From Nitrospira sp. (GTDB lineage Bacteria > Nitrospirota > Nitrospiria > Nitrospirales > Nitrospiraceae): a stretch of DNA of 64,000 bases. The first letter of the stretch is position 1. Every line of letters begins with the position of its first letter. Below are positions 40,720 through 50,989 of this stretch, piece after piece. A program made the position numbers and the translations under genes. The stretch is taken from NCBI GenBank assembly GCA_047150005.1, contig AP038806.1, positions 3,520,001 through 3,584,000 on the forward strand, given 5' to 3'. The notes beneath the pieces are model-generated. The model saw only the letters and a program-made list of their open reading frames with translations, was not told the origin of the DNA and searched no databases.

Positions 40720-41754
40720 TCACAGGATGCTCATGTTCATCGTTTCGCAATACATCTCCACACGAACCACGGTCCCCGCCTTGGCGTTCGCCGGCTCAAG
40801 GGCATACCGCACAATGCCCAATCCGCCAAGCTGGACTGACACATTGCCGGCCTTCGCACCTGCCTGATCGGTCCACGTCAAGTGCCCCGACATTTCTCCT
40901 ACCTGCATACCCTTTACAACCGTGTCATCGAACCACTTGTAAAAAGGACCGGCGTACGCTTCGGGTAATCTGATCACGACGGGTGAACAGTCGAGGACTC
41001 CAGGCTGCTGCAGGAACTTCTCCTGTCCGGCACGCGATGCCGCGACCGGCCGTTTGGCCACGATCGCATCAACGTTGATGATTCGTTTGCAGGCATCCTC
41101 GAATCCCTGAATGGTGAAGGCGAAATTGGAGCTGACGATTTTCGCCGACTTGGCTCCCGCCATCGAGAGCACGTTCTTTCCGCTCCCTCCGGAAAAACGG
41201 GTAGACTGCGGAGCGATTCGCAGGGACAGTGCCGCGGGAGCCTTCGCTCCTACCGGGTCACAGAGAGGGGTGCCGATCTCCGTGATGACGGCCCCCATGA
41301 ATTCGAGCCGCTTGACTTCCTTGTAGTTGAAGTCCGCGTACAATATGGCCCCGTTCCTGGGGGTTGGAATTTTCGAGAGGGTATCTCCAATCCAGCCGCT
41401 CAGGGGTTTGGTGATTTGGGAAAAGTCCACGTCCAGCACAATATCCTCGAACCTCGGTGGGCCCGGCCGCTTACGCTGGATCATATCCGGCCCGACACCT
41501 TCCGAGATGATGTCGGCAAACGGGTTGCCGCCCTCGACGCCGGACAGGAGACCGGCGAATTGCCCTTCCAGTTCGAGGCCAACCGTCCCGCTCGCATACG
41601 AGCCTTTCAAGGCTGCTTCAGCCGGACTTGTCGACTCGATAAGAAATTTCGGTAGGCCGAGCAACATCGCACCTCCGGCCGCAAGGCCGACTTTGGCGAA
41701 AAAGCTGCGTCGGGAGAGCACCCTGGTCTCATCGGCGCTGGAAGAGTCGTTCAT
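40720..41754 (-). CDS. Tat-signal protein with tandem phage tail tube (T4 gp19-like) domains
   Basis: SRRSFFAK Tat motif and AEA cleavage site; LELEG..AG...KRPG..RFEDIVL...W...RNGAI.YAD...EVKRLEF..A fits the gp19 pattern; a second diverged copy follows. Confidence 0.7.
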   Translation of the reverse strand: MNDSSSADETRVLSRRSFFAKVGLAAGGAMLLGLPKFLIESTSPAEAALKGSYASGTVGLELEGQFAGLLSGVEGGNPFADIISEGVGPDMIQRKRPGPPRFEDIVLDVDFSQITKPLSGWIGDTLSKIPTPRNGAILYADFNYKEVKRLEFMGAVITEIGTPLCDPVGAKAPAALSLRIAPQSTRFSGGSGKNVLSMAGAKSAKIVSSNFAFTIQGFEDACKRIINVDAIVAKRPVAASRAGQEKFLQQPGVLDCSPVVIRLPEAYAGPFYKWFDDTVVKGMQVGEMSGHLTWTDQAGAKAGNVSVQLGGLGIVRYALEPANAKAGTVVRVEMYCETMNMSIL

Positions 41755-41795
41755 GAAGACTCCTTTCACAATAGGGGTAACGCATGGTCCATAGG

Positions 41796-43208
41796 TCACG
41801 GTCTGGGTTCCTCAGATGGATCGAACGGACTCGGTTGTTCGATCATCGGCTCATCCGTCTGCTCCCCTTCCACCCCTCGGCTCATGACGGCGGTGGTTCC
41901 GCTTCCAAGCACGCCTGACGAGATCGTGCCGCCGATCCGGCATGTAAACTCGCGGGACGCGCCCGGTGGGAATGTGCCGGAGAACTGAGCGAGGTTACCC
42001 GCAAAGGGAAGGGCCTGGGTTTGCGCGGCGCCGTTTGCAATTGTCGTCATGGTGAATCCGACAATCTGCGGCGGCCCAAATCTCCCGCTGGTCTGATTGG
42101 CATCGAGCTGGCAAATGATTCCTTGCGCCTGACCGCCATCACACATCGCGCCTTCTTCCACGCCCGCGACGTTGAGGGGGCCCCAATAGGGCGTGTTCGG
42201 GTGGCTGCAGCCCACCACGATCTTGCCCTTTGCCCCCCATCCGCTCCAGCGCACGCGCGTGTTGCCGGACAATGTGGCGTCCGTCTTGCCCATCGTTTGC
42301 AGAATCCAATCGCGGTAGACGAAAACATCGGTAAACACCGCCTCGCCGGTTGGGGTCATACAGTCTCCGACTGTGCCTTGCGAGGCGATCCCGCGTACGA
42401 CCGCGCGGCCGTTCTCGACCGTCACGAATCCCGAGCCGCTATCGCCCGGACAGAGCGAGGTGTTGCCGGCCGTGTTGGCCGGCACGAAAATCTTCGTGGG
42501 GGATGCGAGGGCCGAGATGGGCCCACGGAAGATAGCAGCCTGCCCAGGAGGAACCGGACCATCGTGCCTGATCGACGCCACAGTTCCCACTCTGCCTGCC
42601 TGGCGTGGCGTTCTCGGGAGTCCGACCGTCTGGAGCGCGAAGTTGACAGGAAACGGTGATGCCAGCTTGATCAGGGCGATGTCGTTCGCGTGATCATTCT
42701 GAGGGTTGTACTGGGGGTGCTTGAACGCGCCGCGGTTGGTCGCAGGCCCGACCGTTTGATCCGGCTGGCGCGACTCGGTGTACGCTCTGCCATACGAATC
42801 AGTTCGAGTATAGGTCACGCCGCTATGGGGATTGAAATCTAGACAATGGGCCGCGGTCAGGAACCATTGCGGATCGATGAGCACCCCGCCACAGCCGGCC
42901 ATCCGTCCGACCCAGGGATATTTGTAGTCGGGCTCGTTGATGCCGCCACCAACAACCGGCGCCGGTCCGGTCGGTCCGGCGGAAGGAGCCGGTGGCGCGG
43001 TCGGCGTCATCGTCGCACCTTGTTTCTGAAATACCCCCATGTCGCGCATCACGGCCCGTTCTTGGACAGCGTTGGGATCCCCGGCCGGTGTGGGTGAGGG
43101 CGCGGGATCACCCGTGCATCCGATAAAGAAGCTGCCTATGGCCATGACGAGGAACAGCGAGACCGCCGCACGCGGGGTTCGATACTGACGGCCATTGAGA
43201 GAGCTCAT
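41796..43208 (-). CDS. Trypsin-fold (S1) serine protease, lipoprotein
   Basis: FIGC lipobox; CGGVLI, LTAAHC, NDIALIKL and GDSGS catalytic triad motifs. Confidence 0.9.
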   Translation of the reverse strand: MSSLNGRQYRTPRAAVSLFLVMAIGSFFIGCTGDPAPSPTPAGDPNAVQERAVMRDMGVFQKQGATMTPTAPPAPSAGPTGPAPVVGGGINEPDYKYPWVGRMAGCGGVLIDPQWFLTAAHCLDFNPHSGVTYTRTDSYGRAYTESRQPDQTVGPATNRGAFKHPQYNPQNDHANDIALIKLASPFPVNFALQTVGLPRTPRQAGRVGTVASIRHDGPVPPGQAAIFRGPISALASPTKIFVPANTAGNTSLCPGDSGSGFVTVENGRAVVRGIASQGTVGDCMTPTGEAVFTDVFVYRDWILQTMGKTDATLSGNTRVRWSGWGAKGKIVVGCSHPNTPYWGPLNVAGVEEGAMCDGGQAQGIICQLDANQTSGRFGPPQIVGFTMTTIANGAAQTQALPFAGNLAQFSGTFPPGASREFTCRIGGTISSGVLGSGTTAVMSRGVEGEQTDEPMIEQPSPFDPSEEPRP

Positions 43209-43372
43209 GATGGACCTCCATTCGTCTTAGGATGCTCTTGGCACACGGGCGGCGGGAAGAATGTACGGAGTCATCCCCCCGTCATGGTTCCGGCCTCTTT
43301 GATTCGGCGCGTCCCCACAGGTCGGCCGGATGCGACACCTGGGCGCAGTCTCTGAAACTCCTCATCCTCCGC

Positions 43373-44434
43373 TCAGAATTGGTCGAACGGCATCAGCGCC
43401 TTGATGATCGTGTAGGTAATCCGCGCTACGCACGAATTGCCGCCAAATGCGCCCCGAAGTCCGGGCGGCCCTGTCGCCTCCTTCTTCAAGAAAAAGTCAT
43501 ACTTGGTCGTCGGTCCCGGCACCAAGGGTATGGCTGACGGTCCAAATCGAGTAGGGCTGTATTGAGGGAGCTGATAAAAGAAAGGATCGCCCTCTCTAAA
43601 TTGCACAGACGGCTCCATGAGCTTGTCCCGTGCAGCGACCTCCTTGCGGGTCCATGAGAATTGTGTGATCCCTCTTGCCTCGTCACCACCGAGTTTGAAC
43701 GTTTGCTCATGGAACTGACCGTCAGGCGAATACCACAAGAAGCCGATGTCACTTTTCCCAACGAGATCGCACTTGGAGGCCATGACGAATCTCAAATCCG
43801 TGACAAACACGTCATAGAGCGGGGTGATCGTGACCTGCTTGTTGAACCCGGTACCTTGCCCATTGGGGACCAACTCGCGCACAGTAATCTGGACGTTCAT
43901 CGGCCGAGGCTGCCCATTCCCTTCAGCATCGCGGTACGAGAGGGTCAGGCCAGTGGCGGGACTATAGGTTCGTTTCAGAATCTGCGATTTGAGCGGAGAG
44001 CTATAGAAGACTTCGACCTCGACGGGCACCGTCACCGGGAGATTGGGAGGAACGCGAAGATTGACGGAGATGCTCTTCGACGTCACCTTGATCGCGTTGC
44101 GGATGGCGGTGAGACTTGGGGTTGGGGCCGGAATAGGCAACAATTTGGCGCCGGGCGCCACAGCCCCCGGCAGGATCCCTCGTTCCTGAATGTCGGTGGC
44201 CTCGGACGCCGGCGCGGACTCGTCGGGCATCGTGGGAGCCATGGCGGGGGATGCCGGTTCTTGCTCGGTTGTCGCGGTCCCGGCCTCACCCCCGACTGCC
44301 CGTTCCTGTACATCTTTTGGATCTTGGTCCGGCGCATGATAAGGCTCGATTGGATCCCGAAACTGGGCGAAGGTTGGAGCCAGGAGAAAGGACCATCCCA
44401 TTGCGAGAAGGAGCACATGGCGGAGTGTTATCAT
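43373..44434 (-). CDS. Hypothetical exported protein (paralog family A, copy 1)
   Basis: Signal peptide; mature region nearly identical to 49994-50989. Confidence 0.8.
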   Translation of the reverse strand: MITLRHVLLLAMGWSFLLAPTFAQFRDPIEPYHAPDQDPKDVQERAVGGEAGTATTEQEPASPAMAPTMPDESAPASEATDIQERGILPGAVAPGAKLLPIPAPTPSLTAIRNAIKVTSKSISVNLRVPPNLPVTVPVEVEVFYSSPLKSQILKRTYSPATGLTLSYRDAEGNGQPRPMNVQITVRELVPNGQGTGFNKQVTITPLYDVFVTDLRFVMASKCDLVGKSDIGFLWYSPDGQFHEQTFKLGGDEARGITQFSWTRKEVAARDKLMEPSVQFREGDPFFYQLPQYSPTRFGPSAIPLVPGPTTKYDFFLKKEATGPPGLRGAFGGNSCVARITYTIIKALMPFDQF

Positions 44435-44504
44435 ATGACCTCTCCCATTCACATGACCATAACCGGTCTGCTGCTTCGGCACTCACTCTCGGTTGCGCCA
44501 TAGG

Positions 44505-47500
44505 CTACCAGGCGGGAGCACAGTTGACGCGTGCGTTTGTCTGGTGTTTTGCCACTGTCACACAACTGGCCCATCCCAACGTCTTCCAATCATCATAGTC
44601 GTTGTACGTGAGGTCGGCCATGCCATCGGCGTGAGGGCGAAAGCGAACATGGTTTTCAAGCGCAGGCTTGTGAATAGAGTATGTCATCGCCGCGCGAAGC
44701 GCTGTCTCACTTGGCGTCACCAGCGACATGCCGTAGACGAACGACCACACATTGTCAAAATACGAATTGAGGCCAATGCGCAACTTTCCGTCAGAGGCGA
44801 CATATGACATGGCCATGCGAGTTGCGTTGGTCGGCGGATAGCTCGGCGGAGGCGGTTGGTACTCCAGGAACAGTATGTAAAAGCGCCCTGTAGAAAGGAG
44901 CGTCGTGCCGGACGGGGGCGCCATTTCGGAGGGAAGCGGCGTCAGCACATCCAGCGGGAGCTTGCGCTGAACCGCGCGTTCCTGAATCTCCTCAGGGGGC
45001 GTCCCTTTCTGGGACGCTTGGTCCTGCTCGCTCAGCGAGGTGGGAGGAGCGGGAAGATCGGTTGCTGGCGGTATGTGCGGATCCCGCGGTTCTTGGATCT
45101 CCCCAGACGGCGGCTGGGCATGTTCCTCCTGCAACACCCCCCGGGATCGCGTAGACGTCGAAGCGGTTGCTCCCGACGTCGTCAGGATGCCTCCATCCCC
45201 TGGGCCCGGCGTCCATGCCATGACCGGCCGGCCCACGGACGAAGGCAGCGTGTCGTAGGGAATGGGGATTCGCCCCCATCCGGGGCCGGGCAATTGAGAA
45301 GCATAGAGCTGAATGCGGGCTTGTGGGTCAGTGAATGCACCGATCAGGTGCTCTTGTCCGGCCACGATGCCGAGAGGGAGGTAGACATATGCCAGCGCGG
45401 GTGACGTATTTGGATGCACCACGACCGACTGCCCTCCGACCGTCACGACCTGCTCAGCCGACCAACCAGCTCCTGTGAAACTGCGCACTCGGACCACGTT
45501 GTCGGTCCCTTTATACCCCAACGCCAAGCTGGCTAGGTTGCGGGAGTTGGCCAACGAAGGTTCGCCGGCGGCCGGCGACGATCCGTCGACGGTGATGACC
45601 GCGTTCCAGACATTCAATCCGGCACTCACGGTCACCCATGTATAAAACATTGTCCCGTCGGGGCGAATACCGACCAGAATGATCATCTCAACGCCCTTCA
45701 CCTTGACGGTCTTCGCATCGATCGCGGAGATCGGTCCGATATCACGAGTTCCCGGCTGCACAAATGTTGGCACGGGGCAACTGTCGACGTTGGGCGAGCA
45801 GTTCCAGGCCGACGTATAGCTGTAGGCGAGACGTCCATTCAGGTCGACGGCAAACATCCAGATCTGATTGTTGAAGCGCACGACCGCAGGACTGCGCTGG
45901 CTCTGGATTCCGGAATCTTGCTCACCTTGACGGGTAAACTCGCACATTCCGCCTGGCTGGTAATTGGCGTACGCGCGCACCCGAACGTTCGCGGGAGAAA
46001 AGATGCCGTCTCGGTTCCAATCGACGTGCCCTGTGAGCGGGTCAACCTTGTAACCAAAGATGTTGACGAGCACATCACGGAGGGGCTGATCGGAGGGGTT
46101 GAAGACATCGCTCTCCAGGAGGGAATGGTTATTCAACTGCAGGGAGCTACGCCGCCCATCGGAAAACTGCAAGGGGCCCGCGTAGCTCATGAGACTCAGG
46201 TAATTGGGCTTGCAATTGGGCTCGTTCAGGCCGAATGGGCCGTTGTGATTTATCCCCATGGTGTGGCCGAATTCGTGGGACGCAACGAAGACTGAATTCA
46301 TATTGAATCCGCAGGCGATACTACCTCCGGAGCAGGCTCCGCCACCGCTGGTATAGCCCATGACGTAGTGGAACACACCATGCCGCGATCGATCCATTTG
46401 CACCGACCAGACCTCCTCCGGTCTTTGTGGACCGGTCGGTAATGCGTCCACTGGATTGTAGCCACCCCAGTCGCCGTAGATGGTGGCATCCTCTGGTCGC
46501 TCAGGCGGCACCCCGGTATCGAGGTGGAGACGGATACCGGGAAGACCGTCTGGATTGGCGCTGCTCGCGGCATGCGCCGCGCGCAGCGCAGGGTCGGTGG
46601 TCGCGGCATCTGCATACACGGCCGCCATCTGGCGGGCCGCCTCCGGGGGCATGCGGCTCGAGACCCCCTGCTGGTTCTCAGCGAGGTTGAGACGGCGGAA
46701 GTCCACTTCGATAAATACATCCTTGTGGCGAGGGTTTGCCCCCCACCCAGGCAAATCCAGGAACACGGGCTTGTTCTGACTGTTGGTAGCCCGTTTTCCC
46801 AGCACCTCCCAGCCGTCCAGCAGTCCATCGCCATCGGTGTCTCGCGGATCGGCGATGGCATTACAATTGACGCCAGCGACGGAGCTCGTCTTCGATGCGC
46901 AAGTTCCGAGAGCTGCCTCGAGCTGGTCCCCGAGCCCATCCCCATCGGTGTCGTTCGCAACGTCGTTAGGAGGCAGTGACTGGCCTTGATGATCCCGTAC
47001 GACGGGTCCTCCACCACAGGAGGCCGGTGGCGCGCTCGCAGGATGGGGCGGTAATAGCGGAGCGACCACGGCAGTGCTATTGATAGGTGTTGTTCCGCTT
47101 GCTCGTTGGCGTTCCCAATGGCCCGCGACAAACTGGCCGTTTTGCACACTCGCTCGTGCCCAGACAAATCCCTGAGGATCAGGACTGCCAAACACGCAGA
47201 TGTACGAGAGCTTATCGCCAAAATTCACCTGTGAGAGATCGGGGCGGTCTTCCAATACATCTACTGAGAGACCATAGCCCCCTCCTGCATCGACGTGTTC
47301 GTAGAGGACCGCCACCAGACCTGGAGCGACTCGTATTGAGGACGCAACATCATTGAGCTCAGAGAATATATATCCACCAACACCGAGTGTTTGGCTCCGA
47401 CCCGCAAAATTGGGGTGCTCATAGATCACAACGCTTGGGGGTGCGACCACCGCAGCCGCACGTTGCACGGCCTGCGTGGGCGCGAGCTGCACGGCTTGCA

Positions 47501-47951
47501 TGACCGTAGCGGTCTTCGTCACGGCACGAGTCTTCACCCCGCTGTAGGTTCCGATTGCGTCCAACCCGGTTCCGCCCGGGAAGAGCAGCACCACATGCAA
47601 GACGTCCGGCTGTTCCGGATCGGGAACGGTGATGGGAACAGGACTCTCAACCGTCTGCTGGTGCATGAAGGTGCCCGCGTCGATCACCACCGACTCGCCC
47701 TTCTCGGCTGGTACGAGGCGGATTCGGTTAATGTCCTCGGCTTCCACGCGATAACTGCCCGGCCCGACAACCACATCCTGGCCCTTCGCGTCGGTGAAGT
47801 GCAGGGCCTGCGTCAGCGACACCATGCCCTCCCGTACCTCCCCAACTTGGTCTGGTTGACCCTTCTCTTCAGCGAAGGGGGGCAGGGAAGTAGTCTGGCT
47901 TAGCGTCAGCAACGTCAGAACTATGAGTAACACCCCGCGCTGGTTCTTCAT
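44505..47951 (-). CDS. Large exported multidomain zinc metalloprotease (pro-like domain, beta/gamma-crystallin, DTDGDG repeats, metzincin, beta-rich C-terminus)
   Basis: YEHPNFAG..NDVASSIRV, DTDGDG x2, HEFGHTMGINH, Met-turn SLMSY. Confidence 0.8.
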   Translation of the reverse strand: MKNQRGVLLIVLTLLTLSQTTSLPPFAEEKGQPDQVGEVREGMVSLTQALHFTDAKGQDVVVGPGSYRVEAEDINRIRLVPAEKGESVVIDAGTFMHQQTVESPVPITVPDPEQPDVLHVVLLFPGGTGLDAIGTYSGVKTRAVTKTATVMQAVQLAPTQAVQRAAAVVAPPSVVIYEHPNFAGRSQTLGVGGYIFSELNDVASSIRVAPGLVAVLYEHVDAGGGYGLSVDVLEDRPDLSQVNFGDKLSYICVFGSPDPQGFVWARASVQNGQFVAGHWERQRASGTTPINSTAVVAPLLPPHPASAPPASCGGGPVVRDHQGQSLPPNDVANDTDGDGLGDQLEAALGTCASKTSSVAGVNCNAIADPRDTDGDGLLDGWEVLGKRATNSQNKPVFLDLPGWGANPRHKDVFIEVDFRRLNLAENQQGVSSRMPPEAARQMAAVYADAATTDPALRAAHAASSANPDGLPGIRLHLDTGVPPERPEDATIYGDWGGYNPVDALPTGPQRPEEVWSVQMDRSRHGVFHYVMGYTSGGGACSGGSIACGFNMNSVFVASHEFGHTMGINHNGPFGLNEPNCKPNYLSLMSYAGPLQFSDGRRSSLQLNNHSLLESDVFNPSDQPLRDVLVNIFGYKVDPLTGHVDWNRDGIFSPANVRVRAYANYQPGGMCEFTRQGEQDSGIQSQRSPAVVRFNNQIWMFAVDLNGRLAYSYTSAWNCSPNVDSCPVPTFVQPGTRDIGPISAIDAKTVKVKGVEMIILVGIRPDGTMFYTWVTVSAGLNVWNAVITVDGSSPAAGEPSLANSRNLASLALGYKGTDNVVRVRSFTGAGWSAEQVVTVGGQSVVVHPNTSPALAYVYLPLGIVAGQEHLIGAFTDPQARIQLYASQLPGPGWGRIPIPYDTLPSSVGRPVMAWTPGPGDGGILTTSGATASTSTRSRGVLQEEHAQPPSGEIQEPRDPHIPPATDLPAPPTSLSEQDQASQKGTPPEEIQERAVQRKLPLDVLTPLPSEMAPPSGTTLLSTGRFYILFLEYQPPPPSYPPTNATRMAMSYVASDGKLRIGLNSYFDNVWSFVYGMSLVTPSETALRAAMTYSIHKPALENHVRFRPHADGMADLTYNDYDDWKTLGWASCVTVAKHQTNARVNCAPAW

Positions 47952-48060
47952 GTTCACCCCCCCACGAGTCACGAAGTCCTGATTGGACCTCTTTGTCACT
48001 GATCCTCCGTGAAATGCTACAAGCCAGCCATGATCATCCATCGTTCATGAAAACTTTCAA

Positions 48061-49311
48061 TCACTGTAGGACCACCGGCGACGCCAGGCCGAACACGACC
48101 AACTGGAACTTCTCATTCGCCGTCGGGGCGCCGTCCCGGCGGGTGGTGAGTGATATGTGTCCCGACGAGTCCTTGTAGATGCCCATGAAGAAGTTGCTGG
48201 ACGTCTGAATCGAATAGGTACAGTTGCCTTGATCGATCACCCGGAACTTTTCCCAGGCCTTCACTTGGGTCGCATCGGTGTGAAAGATCTGCGTGAAACC
48301 TTCGAGGCAGGCGCCGGTGAGGCTGAAGCCGCATGTCGCGTATTTTTGGACCTGTCCCCCTCCGCCCAACGCGGTCAAGTAGTTCACGCCGTTCCCTGTC
48401 TGAAAGGCATAGGTCCCGTCGCTCTGTCGGAATAACTTGAATCTCGATCCGACTCCGGAGGGTCCGCTCAGCACGACATAATTGGATGAGCCGCCACCGT
48501 TACTGGCGGTGAGGAAGTAGCCATTGGCAGCCAAGATCCCGTACTCGTAGGCCGATCCTGGATCGCCGCACTTGACGATTCGGAACTGCTCCCATCCCTT
48601 AATCTGCGTGGCATTGGTGTGGATGGCATCCTGATACTTGCCTCCCGCGCCCATGGCTGTAAGGTAATTGCCTTTGATCGTTTGGAGGCCATAGTACGTC
48701 GGCGCCGCAGGTATGCCGACTCCTAAGTCGATCAGCCGGAATCGTTCCCAGTCCTTGGCCTGCGTCGCATCCGTGTGAAGGGCGTCGCTTGTTCGACCTC
48801 CACCGCTCACGGCAGTGACATAGTTGCCACTCGTGGTTTGAATGGTCTTGTCGTGCGGCGAGGGAGGCGTTGCGATGGCTAATTTGAATTTTTCCCAAGG
48901 GCCAGCCGACGTGGCGGCGGTAATGACGCTAGGATCAGCGGGTCGTCCACCCCCGTTCAGGGCTGTGAGGTAGTAACCCTTTTGGGTCCTGAACGCGAAC
49001 TCGCCGGGGTAGGCTCCTGTTGACAGGGTCACAACACCCTGGAGCGCCATGCCAGAGGCAAAGGCTCCTGGCGCAATCTTGCTCACTCCGCGCTCCTGCA
49101 CATCCCCCGACGCCTCTGCTACCGGTGGTTCTTGAACTGCCGGCGATTCTTGAGCGACTGATGGTTCATCCGGAATGACGGGGACTTCCATTGCGGTTGC
49201 GGGAACTCCTGAGCGGTCAGGAGAAGTTGGCTCTGTTGTCGTACAGCCAATAGTGAGCAGGCATACTCCGTACAAGAGTCTCACCAGAAGCATGAAGGAT
49301 TTCATGGGCAC
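48061..49311 (-). CDS. Lipoprotein with fascin-like beta-trefoil repeats
   Basis: TIGC lipobox; repeats of QT..GNYLTA..GGG...HTDATQ.K.WE.F. Confidence 0.8.
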   Translation of the reverse strand: MPMKSFMLLVRLLYGVCLLTIGCTTTEPTSPDRSGVPATAMEVPVIPDEPSVAQESPAVQEPPVAEASGDVQERGVSKIAPGAFASGMALQGVVTLSTGAYPGEFAFRTQKGYYLTALNGGGRPADPSVITAATSAGPWEKFKLAIATPPSPHDKTIQTTSGNYVTAVSGGGRTSDALHTDATQAKDWERFRLIDLGVGIPAAPTYYGLQTIKGNYLTAMGAGGKYQDAIHTNATQIKGWEQFRIVKCGDPGSAYEYGILAANGYFLTASNGGGSSNYVVLSGPSGVGSRFKLFRQSDGTYAFQTGNGVNYLTALGGGGQVQKYATCGFSLTGACLEGFTQIFHTDATQVKAWEKFRVIDQGNCTYSIQTSSNFFMGIYKDSSGHISLTTRRDGAPTANEKFQLVVFGLASPVVLQ

Positions 49312-49345
49312 CCCTCCTCCCGATACACCTGCACAGCGTGATGCG

Positions 49346-49801
49346 TCATTTAGACTCAGGTGCTGTGCCGGACGGATTGGCCATTCCCGCGTCCGGCTGC
49401 TCGCCCTCGACGCCCCGGCGCTGGATCGTTCCGGCTGGCGCAGGCATTCGACTGGGGGGAGGAGTCTTCGGCTGCAGCTGCGGCACCCCCCCTAGATCGC
49501 GAGCGGCGGAAGTACACGTCGGCAGCGGGTAATGGGGCTCACATTTCTGGCAATTGCTCAATTTCCCTGGGGTGAATGTTTGCCCCCCATCCACGGTGAA
49601 CCTACAGTCCTTGCCATTCGACATGCAGTTTGTCGTCATTGCCCAAGTCAGCTCCTTCCCGCTGCCATTGGAAGCCATACAGGAACACTTGCAATGGGTA
49701 GTATTGAACTCGGGCGGGAGCGCGACACTGACCGCTGCCGTTCCCACCAGCATGGCGAGGCTCAGGGTCCCGACCACGAACACTTTCACGATCGCTCTCA
49801 T
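49346..49801 (-). CDS. Small Cys-rich exported protein
   Basis: GGAGGAG RBS, signal peptide, 8 Cys including CKCSC. Confidence 0.75.
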   Translation of the reverse strand: MRAIVKVFVVGTLSLAMLVGTAAVSVALPPEFNTTHCKCSCMASNGSGKELTWAMTTNCMSNGKDCRFTVDGGQTFTPGKLSNCQKCEPHYPLPTCTSAARDLGGVPQLQPKTPPPSRMPAPAGTIQRRGVEGEQPDAGMANPSGTAPESK

Positions 49802-49993
49802 CGCTCTCCTCCTTGTGATTGTGGGTTTGATTGCGGTTGACACTCGCCTTTCGCTCCAACGCCCGTGTGCCTCACCGTTCATCGCGGTACAGCTCGCTTG
49901 CAGCTCACTTCCCATCTCTCGCCCGCGCGATCAATCCCTTCAGCCCCTTCTGAAGATCCAACGCTCGCGTCTCGGGTCGGATCGAACCCTCGC

Positions 49994-50989
49994 TCAGAAT
50001 TGGTCGAACGGCATCAGCGCCTTGATGATCGTGTAGATAATCCGCGCTACGCACGAATTACCGCCAAATGCGCCCCGAAGTCCGGGCGGCCCTGTCGCCT
50101 CCTTCTGCAAGAAAAAGTCATACTTGGTCGTCGATCCCGGCACCAAGGGTATGCCTGACCGACCATGGGGAGGGGTGTAATTCGCGAGATCACGCTCGAC
50201 AAAATTCACAGCCGGCTCCATGAGTTTGTCTCGTGCAGTGATTTCCTTGCGGGTCCAAGAGAATCGTGTGATCCCTTTTGCCTCGCCCTTACCGAGTTTG
50301 AACTCTTGCGTATGGCGCTGACCGTCAGGCGAAAACCACCGGAAGGTGATGTCACTTTTCCCAACGAGATCGCACTTGGAGGCCATGACGAATCTCAAAT
50401 CCGTGACAAAGACGTCATAGAGCGGAGTGATCGTAAACTGTTTGTTGAACCCGGTGACTTGCCCATTGGGGACCAGCTCGCGCACAGTAACCACGACGTT
50501 CATCGGGTGAGGCTGCCCGTTCCCTTCAGCATCGCGGTACGAGAGGGTCAGGCCGCTGGTGGGACTATAGGTTTGTTTCAGGATCTGCGATCGGAACGGA
50601 GAGCTGTAGAAGACTTCGACCTCGACGGGCACCGTCACCGGTAGGTTTGCGGGGATACGAAGGTTCACGGAGATACTCTTCGACGTGACCCGTATCGCAT
50701 TTCTGATGGCGGTCAAGCTTGGAGTCGGCGCGCTAACATTCGGATCGGCAAGTTGAAGAGTGGCGCCGGGCGCCACAAGCCCCGGCGCGACACTTCCCGG
50801 CAGGACCCCTCGTTCCTGAATGTCGGCATCCTCCGCCGGCGGAGCTGCTTCTTCGTGGATCACAGGTCCTGTGTCCGGCACCGCCGGTTCGTCCGCAGAG
50901 GTTACCGGTAGGCCGCACAGAAGCGTGGCGCTGCACAAAGACACTGCGCTAAACAGGCGCCCAAGCCGACGGCGAACGATGTGACTCAT
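49994..50989 (-). CDS. Hypothetical exported protein (paralog family A, copy 2)
   Basis: GGAGG RBS, signal peptide; DNA-level similarity to 43373-44434. Confidence 0.8.
   Translation of the reverse strand: MSHIVRRRLGRLFSAVSLCSATLLCGLPVTSADEPAVPDTGPVIHEEAAPPAEDADIQERGVLPGSVAPGLVAPGATLQLADPNVSAPTPSLTAIRNAIRVTSKSISVNLRIPANLPVTVPVEVEVFYSSPFRSQILKQTYSPTSGLTLSYRDAEGNGQPHPMNVVVTVRELVPNGQVTGFNKQFTITPLYDVFVTDLRFVMASKCDLVGKSDITFRWFSPDGQRHTQEFKLGKGEAKGITRFSWTRKEITARDKLMEPAVNFVERDLANYTPPHGRSGIPLVPGSTTKYDFFLQKEATGPPGLRGAFGGNSCVARIIYTIIKALMPFDQF

Noticed and set aside
40103..41754. Prophage, tailocin or T6SS
   Set aside because: No capsid, terminase, sheath, baseplate, integrase, lysis or Tss genes, and both proteins have export signals.
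49597..49622. Sixth exact TGAACC-N16-CGAC match
   Set aside because: It lies antisense inside a coding region with no supported downstream gene; treated as chance, though an antisense promoter is not excluded.
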